Source of the DNA: Bdellovibrionota bacterium | GTDB taxonomy: Bacteria > Bdellovibrionota_C > UBA2361 > OMII01 | DNA length: 26,107 nt | NCBI GenBank assembly: GCA_044356215.1 | Contig: JBIKWQ010000049.1 | Span: 1-26,107, forward strand | Direction: 5' to 3' | Shown: one piece after another, positions 1 through 7,698 of the stretch | Numbering within the stretch: the first letter of the stretch is position 1 | Layout of the letters: each line of letters begins with the position of its first letter | Program-made: the position numbers and the translations under genes | The notes under the pieces: generated by a model | Database searches by the model: none | What the model was told of the DNA's origin: nothing | The model's input: only the letters and a program-made list of their open reading frames with translations

Positions 1-600
1 AACGGCTACAGATACAGCGACGAATACACCGAGCGTAACTCCTAGTGATACGCCTACTAATACACCGACAAATACGCCGAGCAGTACTGCGACGGTAACA
101 CCAACGAGCACGCCAACCGATACAGCGACGAATACACCGAGCGCGACTCCTAGTGATACGCCAACTAATACACCGACAAATACGCCGAGCAGTACTGCGA
201 CGGTAACGCCAACAAGAACGGCTACAGATACAGCGACGAATACACCGAGCGCGACTCCTAGTGATACCCCTACGGATACTCCGACGGACACGCCAACAGA
301 TACGGCTACTATAACGCCAACGAACACGCCAACCGATACAGCGACGAATACACCGAGCGCAACCCCTAGTGATACGCCTACTAATACTCCGACAAGTACA
401 CCAACAAGTACTGCGACGATAACACCAACGAGCACGCCAACCGATACAGCGACGAATACACCGAGCGCGACTCCTAGTGATACCCCTACGGATACTCCGA
501 CGAATACGCCAACAGATACCGCGACTATAACGCCAACAAGAACGCCTACAGATACTCCAACAGACTCACCGAGCGCTACGCCTAGTGATGGGCCTACAGA
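1..600 (+). repeat. Intragenic 108-bp (36-aa) tandem repeat, at least 5 copies plus a degenerate sixth
   Basis: GATACAGCGACGAATACACCGAGCG starts at 11, 119, 227, 335 and 443 (exact 108-bp spacing). A degenerate copy starts at 551. Confidence 0.95.
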
Positions 601-2248
601 TACTCCGACGGATACACCTACTGAGACAGCTACAGTTACAGCGACTCATACCGGAACGATTGCGCCGACTGAGACGGCGATGGACACTCCTACTATCACG
701 CCAACTAATACCCCAACGAATACTCAGACAGATTCACCTAGCGCGACACCTACAGATACTCCGACTGATACTCCAACAGATAGTCCGGCACCTACACCTT
801 CCTTTACCCCGGTTGATACAGCGACCAGTACTCCGACCGACACCCCAACCGATACTCCGACCAGTTCACCTAGCGCCACGCCGAGTAGCACCCCAACAGA
901 TACTCCGACAGACACTTCAACGGAGACGCCGTCAGCGACTCCAACAGATACCGCCGCAAATAGTCATACCCCCACAGATACCCCAACCGCCACGCCAACA
1001 GATACACCAACCAGCACACCAACAGATACTCCAACCAATACCCCAACAGATACACCGACAGTGACTCCGACTGATTCACCAAGCGCTACTCCGACTGATA
1101 CCCCGACAGTAACACCGACTAGTACTGAAACGCCGATTAGTACGGCCACGCCGACTCCAACTATAACGGCGACTCCCTCCGTGACACCAACGGCTACACC
1201 TACAGAGATAACGAGCCACATCTTAGGGGTAGTTAGAGTGGCGCTTACACCACTCTCAGGAGCTCCGGTGATGGTGGGCGCGTCGCGACTTGTTACTGAC
1301 TCAGACGGCGAGTTCTCGATAACGATACCAAGAAGCAACGACGCGTCGATAAGCTCGGATCTGCAGGCCCTCCGTTTTGAGAGCTTTAACGGTGATCAGC
1401 GTGAAGTGTTGACGGGAACTGCTAATGAGATAGCGGCATTTATAGATCAGCGTGGTGGCAAGCTTGAGATCGCCGCCAAGCCTTTAGTGAGGCCGGAGGC
1501 GATCTGCCGATCCTTTAGTATAGCGGATGGCGGACCTGTTTTAAGATTTCCTTATTCAAACAGACAAAGCTCGGTATTAAGAGTTGATGCGGGAGAGATT
1601 AATTTACTTGGATCTGTCTCTGGGGTGCCGGAAGCAAGTGGAGATTTTCTGCCTACTGATGAGACGCTGCCGGACGGACACTTCGCGTTTGAGTGGCCGT
1701 TATCACACTTTCTCTGGAATCACAGTGATAGCACTGAGTATGTCTTCGCGAGCTGGAGGCTCCTGGGCCAAGAGGTTCTTCTTAATCAGCTTACAGCTAG
1801 CGTTCCGTTCTGTTTGGGCGAAGGTAGATACACTGAGTGTTATCGGGTCACAAGCGATATCGATTTGGAGCTAATCCGCCAGGCAGAGCAGAGTGTGAAA
1901 AAAATAACTGCCCTAGCCAGAAAAGCCAGCTTAAGGAGAAGGTGGCGGGTGCCGAATAGGTTGTCGCTTATGTGGAATCGGCAATCGGGTAGTAACTTAG
2001 CTTATATTAAAAATCTGATCTCATCACTGCCAAGGATTCGTTATATCTGCGCAAGTGGTCCCGTTCCCGATGGATGCGCGCGTTTTAACTATCCAAAGAG
2101 GGTGTTAGATCAATATTTCGGGGCGATGTCGGCGGGTAGGTTAAGAATTGATCTACCGGAGCTAGCGAGCGCCCATATCTTAGAGCGCAGAAAGTTTAGA
2201 TCAAGCATGAGTAGATTAGGGGATAGTTATGTTGCTTGTCCGGATTAG
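2..2248 (+). CDS. 5'-truncated large surface/secreted protein: long Thr/Pro/Ser/Asp-rich mucin-like stalk, then a carboxypeptidase-regulatory-like beta domain, an unknown domain and a basic Cys-containing C-terminal domain
   Basis: The frame of ORF 680..2248 is open back to base 2 (acg gct aca gat aca gcg acg aat aca ccg = [10 protein letters not shown]...), so ATG 680 is internal. TPTD-type 4-aa periodicity runs to about 1205, followed by [26 protein letters not shown]. Stop TAG at 2246-2248. Confidence 0.85.
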   Translation, partial: TATDTATNTPSVTPSDTPTNTPTNTPSSTATVTPTSTPTDTATNTPSATPSDTPTNTPTNTPSSTATVTPTRTATDTATNTPSATPSDTPTDTPTDTPTDTATITPTNTPTDTATNTPSATPSDTPTNTPTSTPTSTATITPTSTPTDTATNTPSATPSDTPTDTPTNTPTDTATITPTRTPTDTPTDSPSATPSDGPTDTPTDTPTETATVTATHTGTIAPTETAMDTPTITPTNTPTNTQTDSPSATPTDTPTDTPTDSPAPTPSFTPVDTATSTPTDTPTDTPTSSPSATPSSTPTDTPTDTSTETPSATPTDTAANSHTPTDTPTATPTDTPTSTPTDTPTNTPTDTPTVTPTDSPSATPTDTPTVTPTSTETPISTATPTPTITATPSVTPTATPTEITSHILGVVRVALTPLSGAPVMVGASRLVTDSDGEFSITIPRSNDASISSDLQALRFESFNGDQREVLTGTANEIAAFIDQRGGKLEIAAKPLVRPEAICRSFSIADGGPVLRFPYSNRQSSVLRVDAGEINLLGSVSGVPEASGDFLPTDETLPDGHFAFEWPLSHFLWNHSDSTEYVFASWRLLGQEVLLNQLTASVPFCLGEGRYTECYRVTSDIDLELIRQAEQSVKKITALARKASLRRRWRVPNRLSLMWNRQSGSNLAYIKNLISSLPRIRYICASGPVPDGCARFNYPKRVLDQYFGAMSAGRLRIDLPELASAHILERRKFRSSMSRLGDSYVACPD

Positions 2249-2279
2249 CGGAAAGAGGAATTTAACAACGAGCACGGTG

Positions 2280-2325
2280 AGGGGAGCCATAGCGGTGCTC
2301 GTATTGCGCGGCTTCCCCTATTTTT
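2280..2325 (+). terminator. Probable intrinsic terminator of the PT-rich gene
   Basis: AGGGGAGCC (2280-2288) pairs with GGCTTCCCCT (2310-2319, one bulge), with a GU-rich inner extension, followed by ATTTTT. It begins 31 bp after the stop codon. Confidence 0.5.
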
Positions 2326-2340
2326 CGTCGCCATACCTAA

Positions 2341-2518
2341 AACCTAAAAACAGCAGTTGCGGGTCCCAAAACGGCGCATCAGGCTAAAATCACTGCGGCT
2401 TTTGAATTTTCGGTGCTCACCCTGACGGTGCCAGGGTTGCGCGCCGAAAATTTCAAAATCTCTTGTGCTTTTAACCAGCTGCACCATTTTCGTCCTCCTT
2501 AACTGCTGTTTTTAGGTT
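2341..2518. mobile_element. 178-bp palindromic MITE/REP-like non-autonomous element with perfect 18-bp terminal inverted repeats
   Basis: AACCTAAAAACAGCAGTT (2341-2358) and AACTGCTGTTTTTAGGTT (2501-2518) are exact reverse complements. Inner arms also pair: AAAACGGCGCATCAGGCTAAAATCAC with GTGCTTTTAACCAGCTGCACCATTTT, TTTTGAATTTTCGG with CCGAAAATTTCAAAA, and ACCCTG with CAGGGT. No transposase inside. Confidence 0.8.
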
Positions 2519-3661
2519 AAAACCTCGTGACAGCATTCTCAAAAACTCTTTAACTGGAATTACCTCTATCCCGCCGTCCTCCACAAACTGACGCTCGCCT
2601 TCGTATACCAATATGCGTCGTTTCATGCCGCGAAGATCCTTAATCGCGTTAAGTCCGCGGAGATGTTCTGGTCGAAGTCGCCCAGTAGATTTAATCTCTA
2701 TGGCGGTGTAGGAATCACCTCGCGAAAGCAGAAGATCAACTTCAACCTCACCCGTTGACCAGTAATACAGGTCGTCAAATCTAATGAGTCCATAATCTCT
2801 CGCGGCTCTTATGGTTTGAACAATCAGCCCCTCTAGTAAATGCCCCCGCTCTTCGGCCGCAGGCACCGCAAGTTGATTCTTTGCCGCTCGAACAACGCCC
2901 GGGTCTATCCAGTAGAGCTTCGGGTGCCGCTTCTCTTTAACGCGAAGCCTTCCTTCAAAAGCAGGAAGTCGAAAAGCTAGTAACGTATCCTCAATGATCT
3001 CAAGGTACCCTTGCACAGTGGTCCGAGCCACTCCGGCATCTCTAGCGACTCCATCAACATTCATAACCTGGCCGTGAAAAAGCGCCGCTACCTGCAGGAA
3101 GCGCGCGAAACCTGGCAAGTTTCTTACTAACGCTTCTACCTGTATCTCCTCTCTAAGATACGATTGCACATAGCCACGTAGTTGCTCGGCCGGATTACGC
3201 GAAGCGACGATAAGCGGAAGCGAGCCATACTGAAGCGTCCGTGATATTTCGTACTCGTCACCCATCTCAACGGGAATAAGTGGATGCATATATTTCACGA
3301 GAGCCCTACCTCCCAGTAGATTGACCCCCGTTCTTCGAAGCTTGCGAGCGCTAGATCCCAATAAGGCGAACTTTAAGCCGAGATCCTCGATAGCTCGATG
3401 CACCTCGTTGAGCAGTGATGGGATCCGCTGGACTTCATCTATTACTACCCAGCTTCCCCGCCGCAGGCGCGCTATCATCTTTCTTAAAAGAGACGGATTA
3501 ACGAGTAGCTCCTGGTACAGGCCTTCATCTAGTAGATTCACCAAGCATGCTTTTGGGAAGTTTCTCTTAACCCAAGAACTCTTGCCAGTTCCGCGCATTC
3601 CCAGAAGAAAGAAGCTTGATGATGGCTTCGCGAGGGCTCGGTCATATTGTCGTGATACCAT
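2471..3661 (-). CDS. AAA+ ATPase (AAA_14) with C-terminal DUF4143 / PD-(D/E)xK-like domain
   Basis: Walker A GMRGTGKS, Walker B VVIDEVQR, LGSS motif, HPKLYWIDPG, and C-terminal YYWSTGEVEVDLLL...AIEIKS. 396 aa. Confidence 0.9.
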   Translation of the reverse strand: MVSRQYDRALAKPSSSFFLLGMRGTGKSSWVKRNFPKACLVNLLDEGLYQELLVNPSLLRKMIARLRRGSWVVIDEVQRIPSLLNEVHRAIEDLGLKFALLGSSARKLRRTGVNLLGGRALVKYMHPLIPVEMGDEYEISRTLQYGSLPLIVASRNPAEQLRGYVQSYLREEIQVEALVRNLPGFARFLQVAALFHGQVMNVDGVARDAGVARTTVQGYLEIIEDTLLAFRLPAFEGRLRVKEKRHPKLYWIDPGVVRAAKNQLAVPAAEERGHLLEGLIVQTIRAARDYGLIRFDDLYYWSTGEVEVDLLLSRGDSYTAIEIKSTGRLRPEHLRGLNAIKDLRGMKRRILVYEGERQFVEDGGIEVIPVKEFLRMLSRGFNLKTAVKEDENGAAG

Positions 3662-3710
3662 GTCGGCGAATATGCCGCAAATTAGCCGGCATGTCTACGG
3701 TCTGTTTATA

Positions 3711-5762
3711 TTATATCTTCTCCCCATCCATCTCTCCAGGCCTCGAGATACCAAAATCCCCAAGTATCGTCGGCGCTAGGTCCCATATAGCCGGCCTCTC
3801 TTTTTTCCAAGGCTTATTTGATAGCAGCATCCCCGGCACAACCGCCGGATCCATGCAGTGATCTGCGGACCAGAGATTCGTTCTATCGGCGACTAGCTCC
3901 TCTGGAACTTTTCCAAGCACTGTTTCATCAGAGCTCCTGTACCCGCGTTGATACCCCACGACTAGGTCTGGGGCTAAATCAACAAACGGCCCAGAGTAGA
4001 GTTTCTGAGAGTCGTAAACTTTTGTGATGATCGCCGCGCCATTTCGCGGGTCGTTCACGCTCGGGAGTCTCTCGGCTATATCTCTTGCTAACTTTGCGGT
4101 GTCCTCTGGTTTAACGGTGCCAAACTTATCGCGTCCCTCTACGTTGATATAGAGTCCGTTAATTCCAAGTCCATAGGCCTTGGTGCGAGACCAATCAACG
4201 TGCTCAAAGAACTCACCTTGGCCTATCTTTGAGGGATCTGTCAGAGCTAGGTACCCGTTGTTGTATAGCCAGGTGTTTAAGTTAAATTCCCGGGTAAAAG
4301 GGGCAAATCCGTGATCGCTTAGAGCATAGAGAGTTGTTCTTGAGTCGATCTTCTCCATGGCCCTGCCAAGGGCAAAGTCCATCCGCTGATAAAATCCTCT
4401 GATAGCGTTCTTAACATCGGCGCTCGCCTCAGGGCGATAAAGCGGATGGGTTGGATCCATCGTTCTAAGTAACATGTGGCAGTTCTGATCAATACTTGAG
4501 AAGTAGAAGAAGAAAACCCCTTCATTAAAACGCGCCAGTTCGTATTCGAACATGCGCATATTCTCATCAAGAACGATGTGAGCTTGAGTGAGGTATTCAT
4601 CATCAGAGAGGATCCCTTCGCTAAGCGCCTTCTGATCAGCGGGGAAGCCTTGTGTGTAGAATCTACCCACTGCTTGTGAAAGCTCTCGCGAGTAGCCCGC
4701 GGGGCTACAGATAGGAAGTGATGGCTCTAGAGGATCTACATTTATCGGAGAGATGTAGATTTTAAGTCTAGGGTGCGCCTCTTTTACATAAATTCGCACC
4801 ATCCCTGAAACAGAAGCGAACATCGGCATTAGAGGAAACGATACGGGGATCCACTCCGACCACTCTCCTTGCTTCAGGAGTACCTCGTGACCTGATATAG
4901 ATATCTTAACTACAGGCTCGTAAGGATCTCGGCGGATAGTTATCTCTACAGTGCTCGGAGCGCGATCAGCTCTTAGCGCGTTCTTTGGACCTTCAAGGTT
5001 TGCTTTAAAGACGTGGTTTACCGCTGATACTTTGATTACCTTGGTTCCTGTCAGAGCTGCGCTATTCTCTACGGTTGAATCGGTGATGTAGGCGCAGGTC
5101 CCATAGGAGCCTAAAAGATCTGGAGTACCCATGCCACTAAGAGCGTTGACATCACTCGGTGCAACCGGGAAATTCGCTGGAATCTGCACGATTGTGCTTG
5201 GAATATCGCGCTCGGCTAATATGTTCCAGAATGCTGGACCTTTGCGCATCAACTCAACTCGCCCGGATCCTAGAGGAATAGTCCATGGACCAACTTTAAC
5301 TTCCTTTGATGAGTCAAATGACCGAGAGGTCGACATGTATGGAGTAAATGTCGCGGGATCTCGGTGCACAAAGTCATAAATACCGTGCCCGCCGGGATTG
5401 CAGCCGGTAATAAAGCTAGACCAAGCCACCGGGCTATGCGGTGGCATGGTTGTCTGTAGCTCGCCAAACTGACCTGAGGCGATAAGTTTTTTAAAGTTAG
5501 GCATAACGCCTTCGGAGACAAAGCGCCTAACTAGCCCAGGATCCATGCCATCCATTCCCAGCACTAGGACTTTCGTTGAGATCTTCGGATTTCTAAGATA
5601 CGGGAAGCCCGCGGAAGCCTTGCGATCGGTGAGCTTCATTCCGGAGAGAGTAGTAGCGGTCGCGGCACCCGCAAGAAGGCACTTGGAGCTATTAACAAGA
5701 AATTTACGGCGACTGATATCTTTGGCGCCTTCCGTTTTTCCTCTTTTGTCTCTATCGCTCAT
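3711..5762 (-). CDS. Tat-exported alkaline phosphatase superfamily protein (type I phosphodiesterase/nucleotide pyrophosphatase family)
   Basis: Twin-arginine signal SRRKFL; VLVLGMDGMD; PPHSPVAWSSFITG (Ser at the nucleophile position); DQNCH; ALSDHGF; WSADH; IWDLAPTIL. Confidence 0.9.
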   Translation of the reverse strand: MSDRDKRGKTEGAKDISRRKFLVNSSKCLLAGAATATTLSGMKLTDRKASAGFPYLRNPKISTKVLVLGMDGMDPGLVRRFVSEGVMPNFKKLIASGQFGELQTTMPPHSPVAWSSFITGCNPGGHGIYDFVHRDPATFTPYMSTSRSFDSSKEVKVGPWTIPLGSGRVELMRKGPAFWNILAERDIPSTIVQIPANFPVAPSDVNALSGMGTPDLLGSYGTCAYITDSTVENSAALTGTKVIKVSAVNHVFKANLEGPKNALRADRAPSTVEITIRRDPYEPVVKISISGHEVLLKQGEWSEWIPVSFPLMPMFASVSGMVRIYVKEAHPRLKIYISPINVDPLEPSLPICSPAGYSRELSQAVGRFYTQGFPADQKALSEGILSDDEYLTQAHIVLDENMRMFEYELARFNEGVFFFYFSSIDQNCHMLLRTMDPTHPLYRPEASADVKNAIRGFYQRMDFALGRAMEKIDSRTTLYALSDHGFAPFTREFNLNTWLYNNGYLALTDPSKIGQGEFFEHVDWSRTKAYGLGINGLYINVEGRDKFGTVKPEDTAKLARDIAERLPSVNDPRNGAAIITKVYDSQKLYSGPFVDLAPDLVVGYQRGYRSSDETVLGKVPEELVADRTNLWSADHCMDPAVVPGMLLSNKPWKKERPAIWDLAPTILGDFGISRPGEMDGEKI

Positions 5763-5778
5763 GCTGATGTTTCCAACC

Positions 5779-6624
5779 TTACTTAATCTGGCCCTCTATG
5801 TGGAAAACCTCAAAGACCTTTTCGTGAATGATAGGCCCGTGACCGAAATAGCCGTCCTCTCCGAAACACTCTCCGTGATCAGAGGTAACGATAATATGGG
5901 TGTTTTTAGGGACTTTTTCATAGAGCTTCTCAAAGAGCCGATCGAGATACTCTATATTGGAACGCTGCTTATCTTTTAAAGCAAGCATCTGATCCATGTT
6001 GAAAAAATCCTCTCCGGTCTTGCCTGTATCATCTCCCTGATTAGTCACCAAGTCGTCCATATGTTTAAAAACCCCGTGGACGCCGGATATGTGTGGCAGA
6101 TGCTTACCACTCTCTCCTGGCAATGTGTATGGGTAGTGAGTCTCTCCTACGTTTAGCAGATAAAACGAAGGCTTTTCAGGATCGAATATTAACTGGTTGA
6201 TCATCGCGTCAAAGTCGTTATGAGACTTCATTAGCTGATAACGATCGAAGTGATTGTTAATCGCGGTAGTTTGGTTAAGAACTGGCATCGAGACCAGTCC
6301 GTTAGTCGTGTATCCGTTCTCTTTTAAAAAGCCAGGGAGTGAAAGTTTCGGAACGAATCCTTTAAATGAGATATCAGGGATATTTAGTCGATCACTCCAC
6401 TGAACGAAGTCCTTCTTGTATACCTCGGAGGCGAATACCCCTTTTGGTGAAGTGTGCGGAGATACCCCCATCATGTAAACGTGGTGCGAGGGAACAGTCC
6501 AAGTGGCGTATGTATAGCACCTCTTTACTTCACCAAGACGGGAGATGTTAGGGGTCTTAGCGGCGAGAAAAGTATCAAACCGGCAGCTATCGAGAACTAT
6601 AAAGAGGAGGTTGTTTTTTTTCAT
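5779..6624 (-). CDS. Sulfatase-like hydrolase/transferase (AlkP superfamily), no signal peptide
   Basis: NLLFIVLDSCRFD; ATWTVPSH (Thr at the nucleophile position); ETHYPY; IIVTSDHGE..GE.G..GHG. Confidence 0.85.
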   Translation of the reverse strand: MKKNNLLFIVLDSCRFDTFLAAKTPNISRLGEVKRCYTYATWTVPSHHVYMMGVSPHTSPKGVFASEVYKKDFVQWSDRLNIPDISFKGFVPKLSLPGFLKENGYTTNGLVSMPVLNQTTAINNHFDRYQLMKSHNDFDAMINQLIFDPEKPSFYLLNVGETHYPYTLPGESGKHLPHISGVHGVFKHMDDLVTNQGDDTGKTGEDFFNMDQMLALKDKQRSNIEYLDRLFEKLYEKVPKNTHIIVTSDHGECFGEDGYFGHGPIIHEKVFEVFHIEGQIK

Positions 6625-6634
6625 GGTTTAAAAC

Positions 6635-7471
6635 TCAAATTTCAATCCGCAAGATCCTGCTCGCCAAAAGACCCGAGGCTATTGAAACTATAGCAAACAC
6701 AATAAGCCAGTGCAGCGATACCCCAGCCAGCCGATGTTCCTGCTCTGGATAGGTAATTGAGATCGATTGAACTAGAGATTTAAGCTCCGGCGCAACCGTC
6801 GCGCCTGGATAAAAAAATTGCCACCACGGTGAGGTGTGCGTTTCCACTGGGAGTATCTCCGGTTGTTTACCGATAAACACCTGTTTCTCCGCGGCTACAC
6901 CATTAACTAATAGCTTTAAGCTATGAGAGTTTGAGTTTATTTCTTTAGGGGTGTTGATCCTCCAGGTAACAGAATTGGAGTCCAGATCTCTTAAAGGCGG
7001 GGTTATTGTAATCTCTGAGTTATTTGATGTTAGCTCGGTCTCAAATAGAGCCTCGTCGTTTTTGAAATTTACAGTCACCAAAGCGGGCTCGTTTAAACTA
7101 AGCGGACGAGCTCCGTAACGGAGATTCAATTGCGCTAAGATAACTAAGCTCGGTATTAAAAGGATAGCTAGAGGTGGTACAGCCAGCGCGAAGTATCGCG
7201 CTCCTCCCAAAAGCATTCCCGCCTGAGCCCTGAGCGACAGCGCTAAATCGTGCCGAAACAGAACTGACTCGTAGATCCCCGCTGTAATCCGTTTCTTTAC
7301 TCGCTTAATGGCTCCTTGATTCGATACAAGGCCATATATATAGAGAAGCATGATCCCGGATATAACTGATACAGCTAAGAGCCCGTAAATAGCTGGCAAT
7401 CCCGCAAGTGGTGCGAGTAGTAGCGAGAAGAGCTTCGTGACGATAGAGTTGAAAAGTTCCACGTAGAGCAC
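6635..7471 (-). CDS. Integral membrane protein resembling the EMC3/TMCO1/DUF106 (Oxa1 superfamily) topology
   Basis: Amphipathic N-terminal helix, TM1, basic coiled segment (SNQGAIKRVKKRI...), TM2 with PPLAILLIP, a soluble beta-rich loop, and a final TM (HWLIVFAIVSIASGLLASRILRIEI). The GTG start overlaps the upstream TAG (TAGTG). Confidence 0.6.
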   Translation of the reverse strand: MLYVELFNSIVTKLFSLLLAPLAGLPAIYGLLAVSVISGIMLLYIYGLVSNQGAIKRVKKRITAGIYESVLFRHDLALSLRAQAGMLLGGARYFALAVPPLAILLIPSLVILAQLNLRYGARPLSLNEPALVTVNFKNDEALFETELTSNNSEITITPPLRDLDSNSVTWRINTPKEINSNSHSLKLLVNGVAAEKQVFIGKQPEILPVETHTSPWWQFFYPGATVAPELKSLVQSISITYPEQEHRLAGVSLHWLIVFAIVSIASGLLASRILRIEI

Positions 7472-7692
7472 TACTCCAGATATCCAAGCCCCGCTAGTTG
7501 ATTCTTAATATCCTCAATCTGCTCAGGCGATGCTTCGCGCTTTGAGGTGCTAGAGATCGTTTCCTCACTTGCTTTAATCAGCACCCGCTCGGCAAATTCC
7601 TCAATAGATGAAGAGCCGGCTATCTCGGCGGCGATCTTTACCTTCTCAAAGGTCTGCTCTGAAATAGTGATCGAATTCCTCTTTTTAAACAT
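7471..7692 (-). CDS. 73-aa small protein with a ribbon-helix-helix (CopG)-like N-terminus and a C-terminal LAGLGYLE tail
   Basis: SITISEQTFEKVKIAAEIAGSSSIEEF fits a strand-helix-helix pattern. A strong RBS (GAGGTG) overlaps the upstream stop, and the gene is closely packed against both neighbours. Confidence 0.75.
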   Translation of the reverse strand: MFKKRNSITISEQTFEKVKIAAEIAGSSSIEEFAERVLIKASEETISSTSKREASPEQIEDIKNQLAGLGYLE

Positions 7693-7698
7693 AACACC

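Noticed and set aside
585..1338. ORFs 585..1064(+), 724..915(-), 870..1082(-) and 964..1338(-)
   Set aside because: Shadow frames of the stop-poor Thr/Pro repeat. The continuous TPTD frame leads into the globular domains.
2471..3661. ATPase-DUF4143 as a defined anti-phage system
   Set aside because: A widespread family with no partner defence genes in the window. The sequence alone gives no support.
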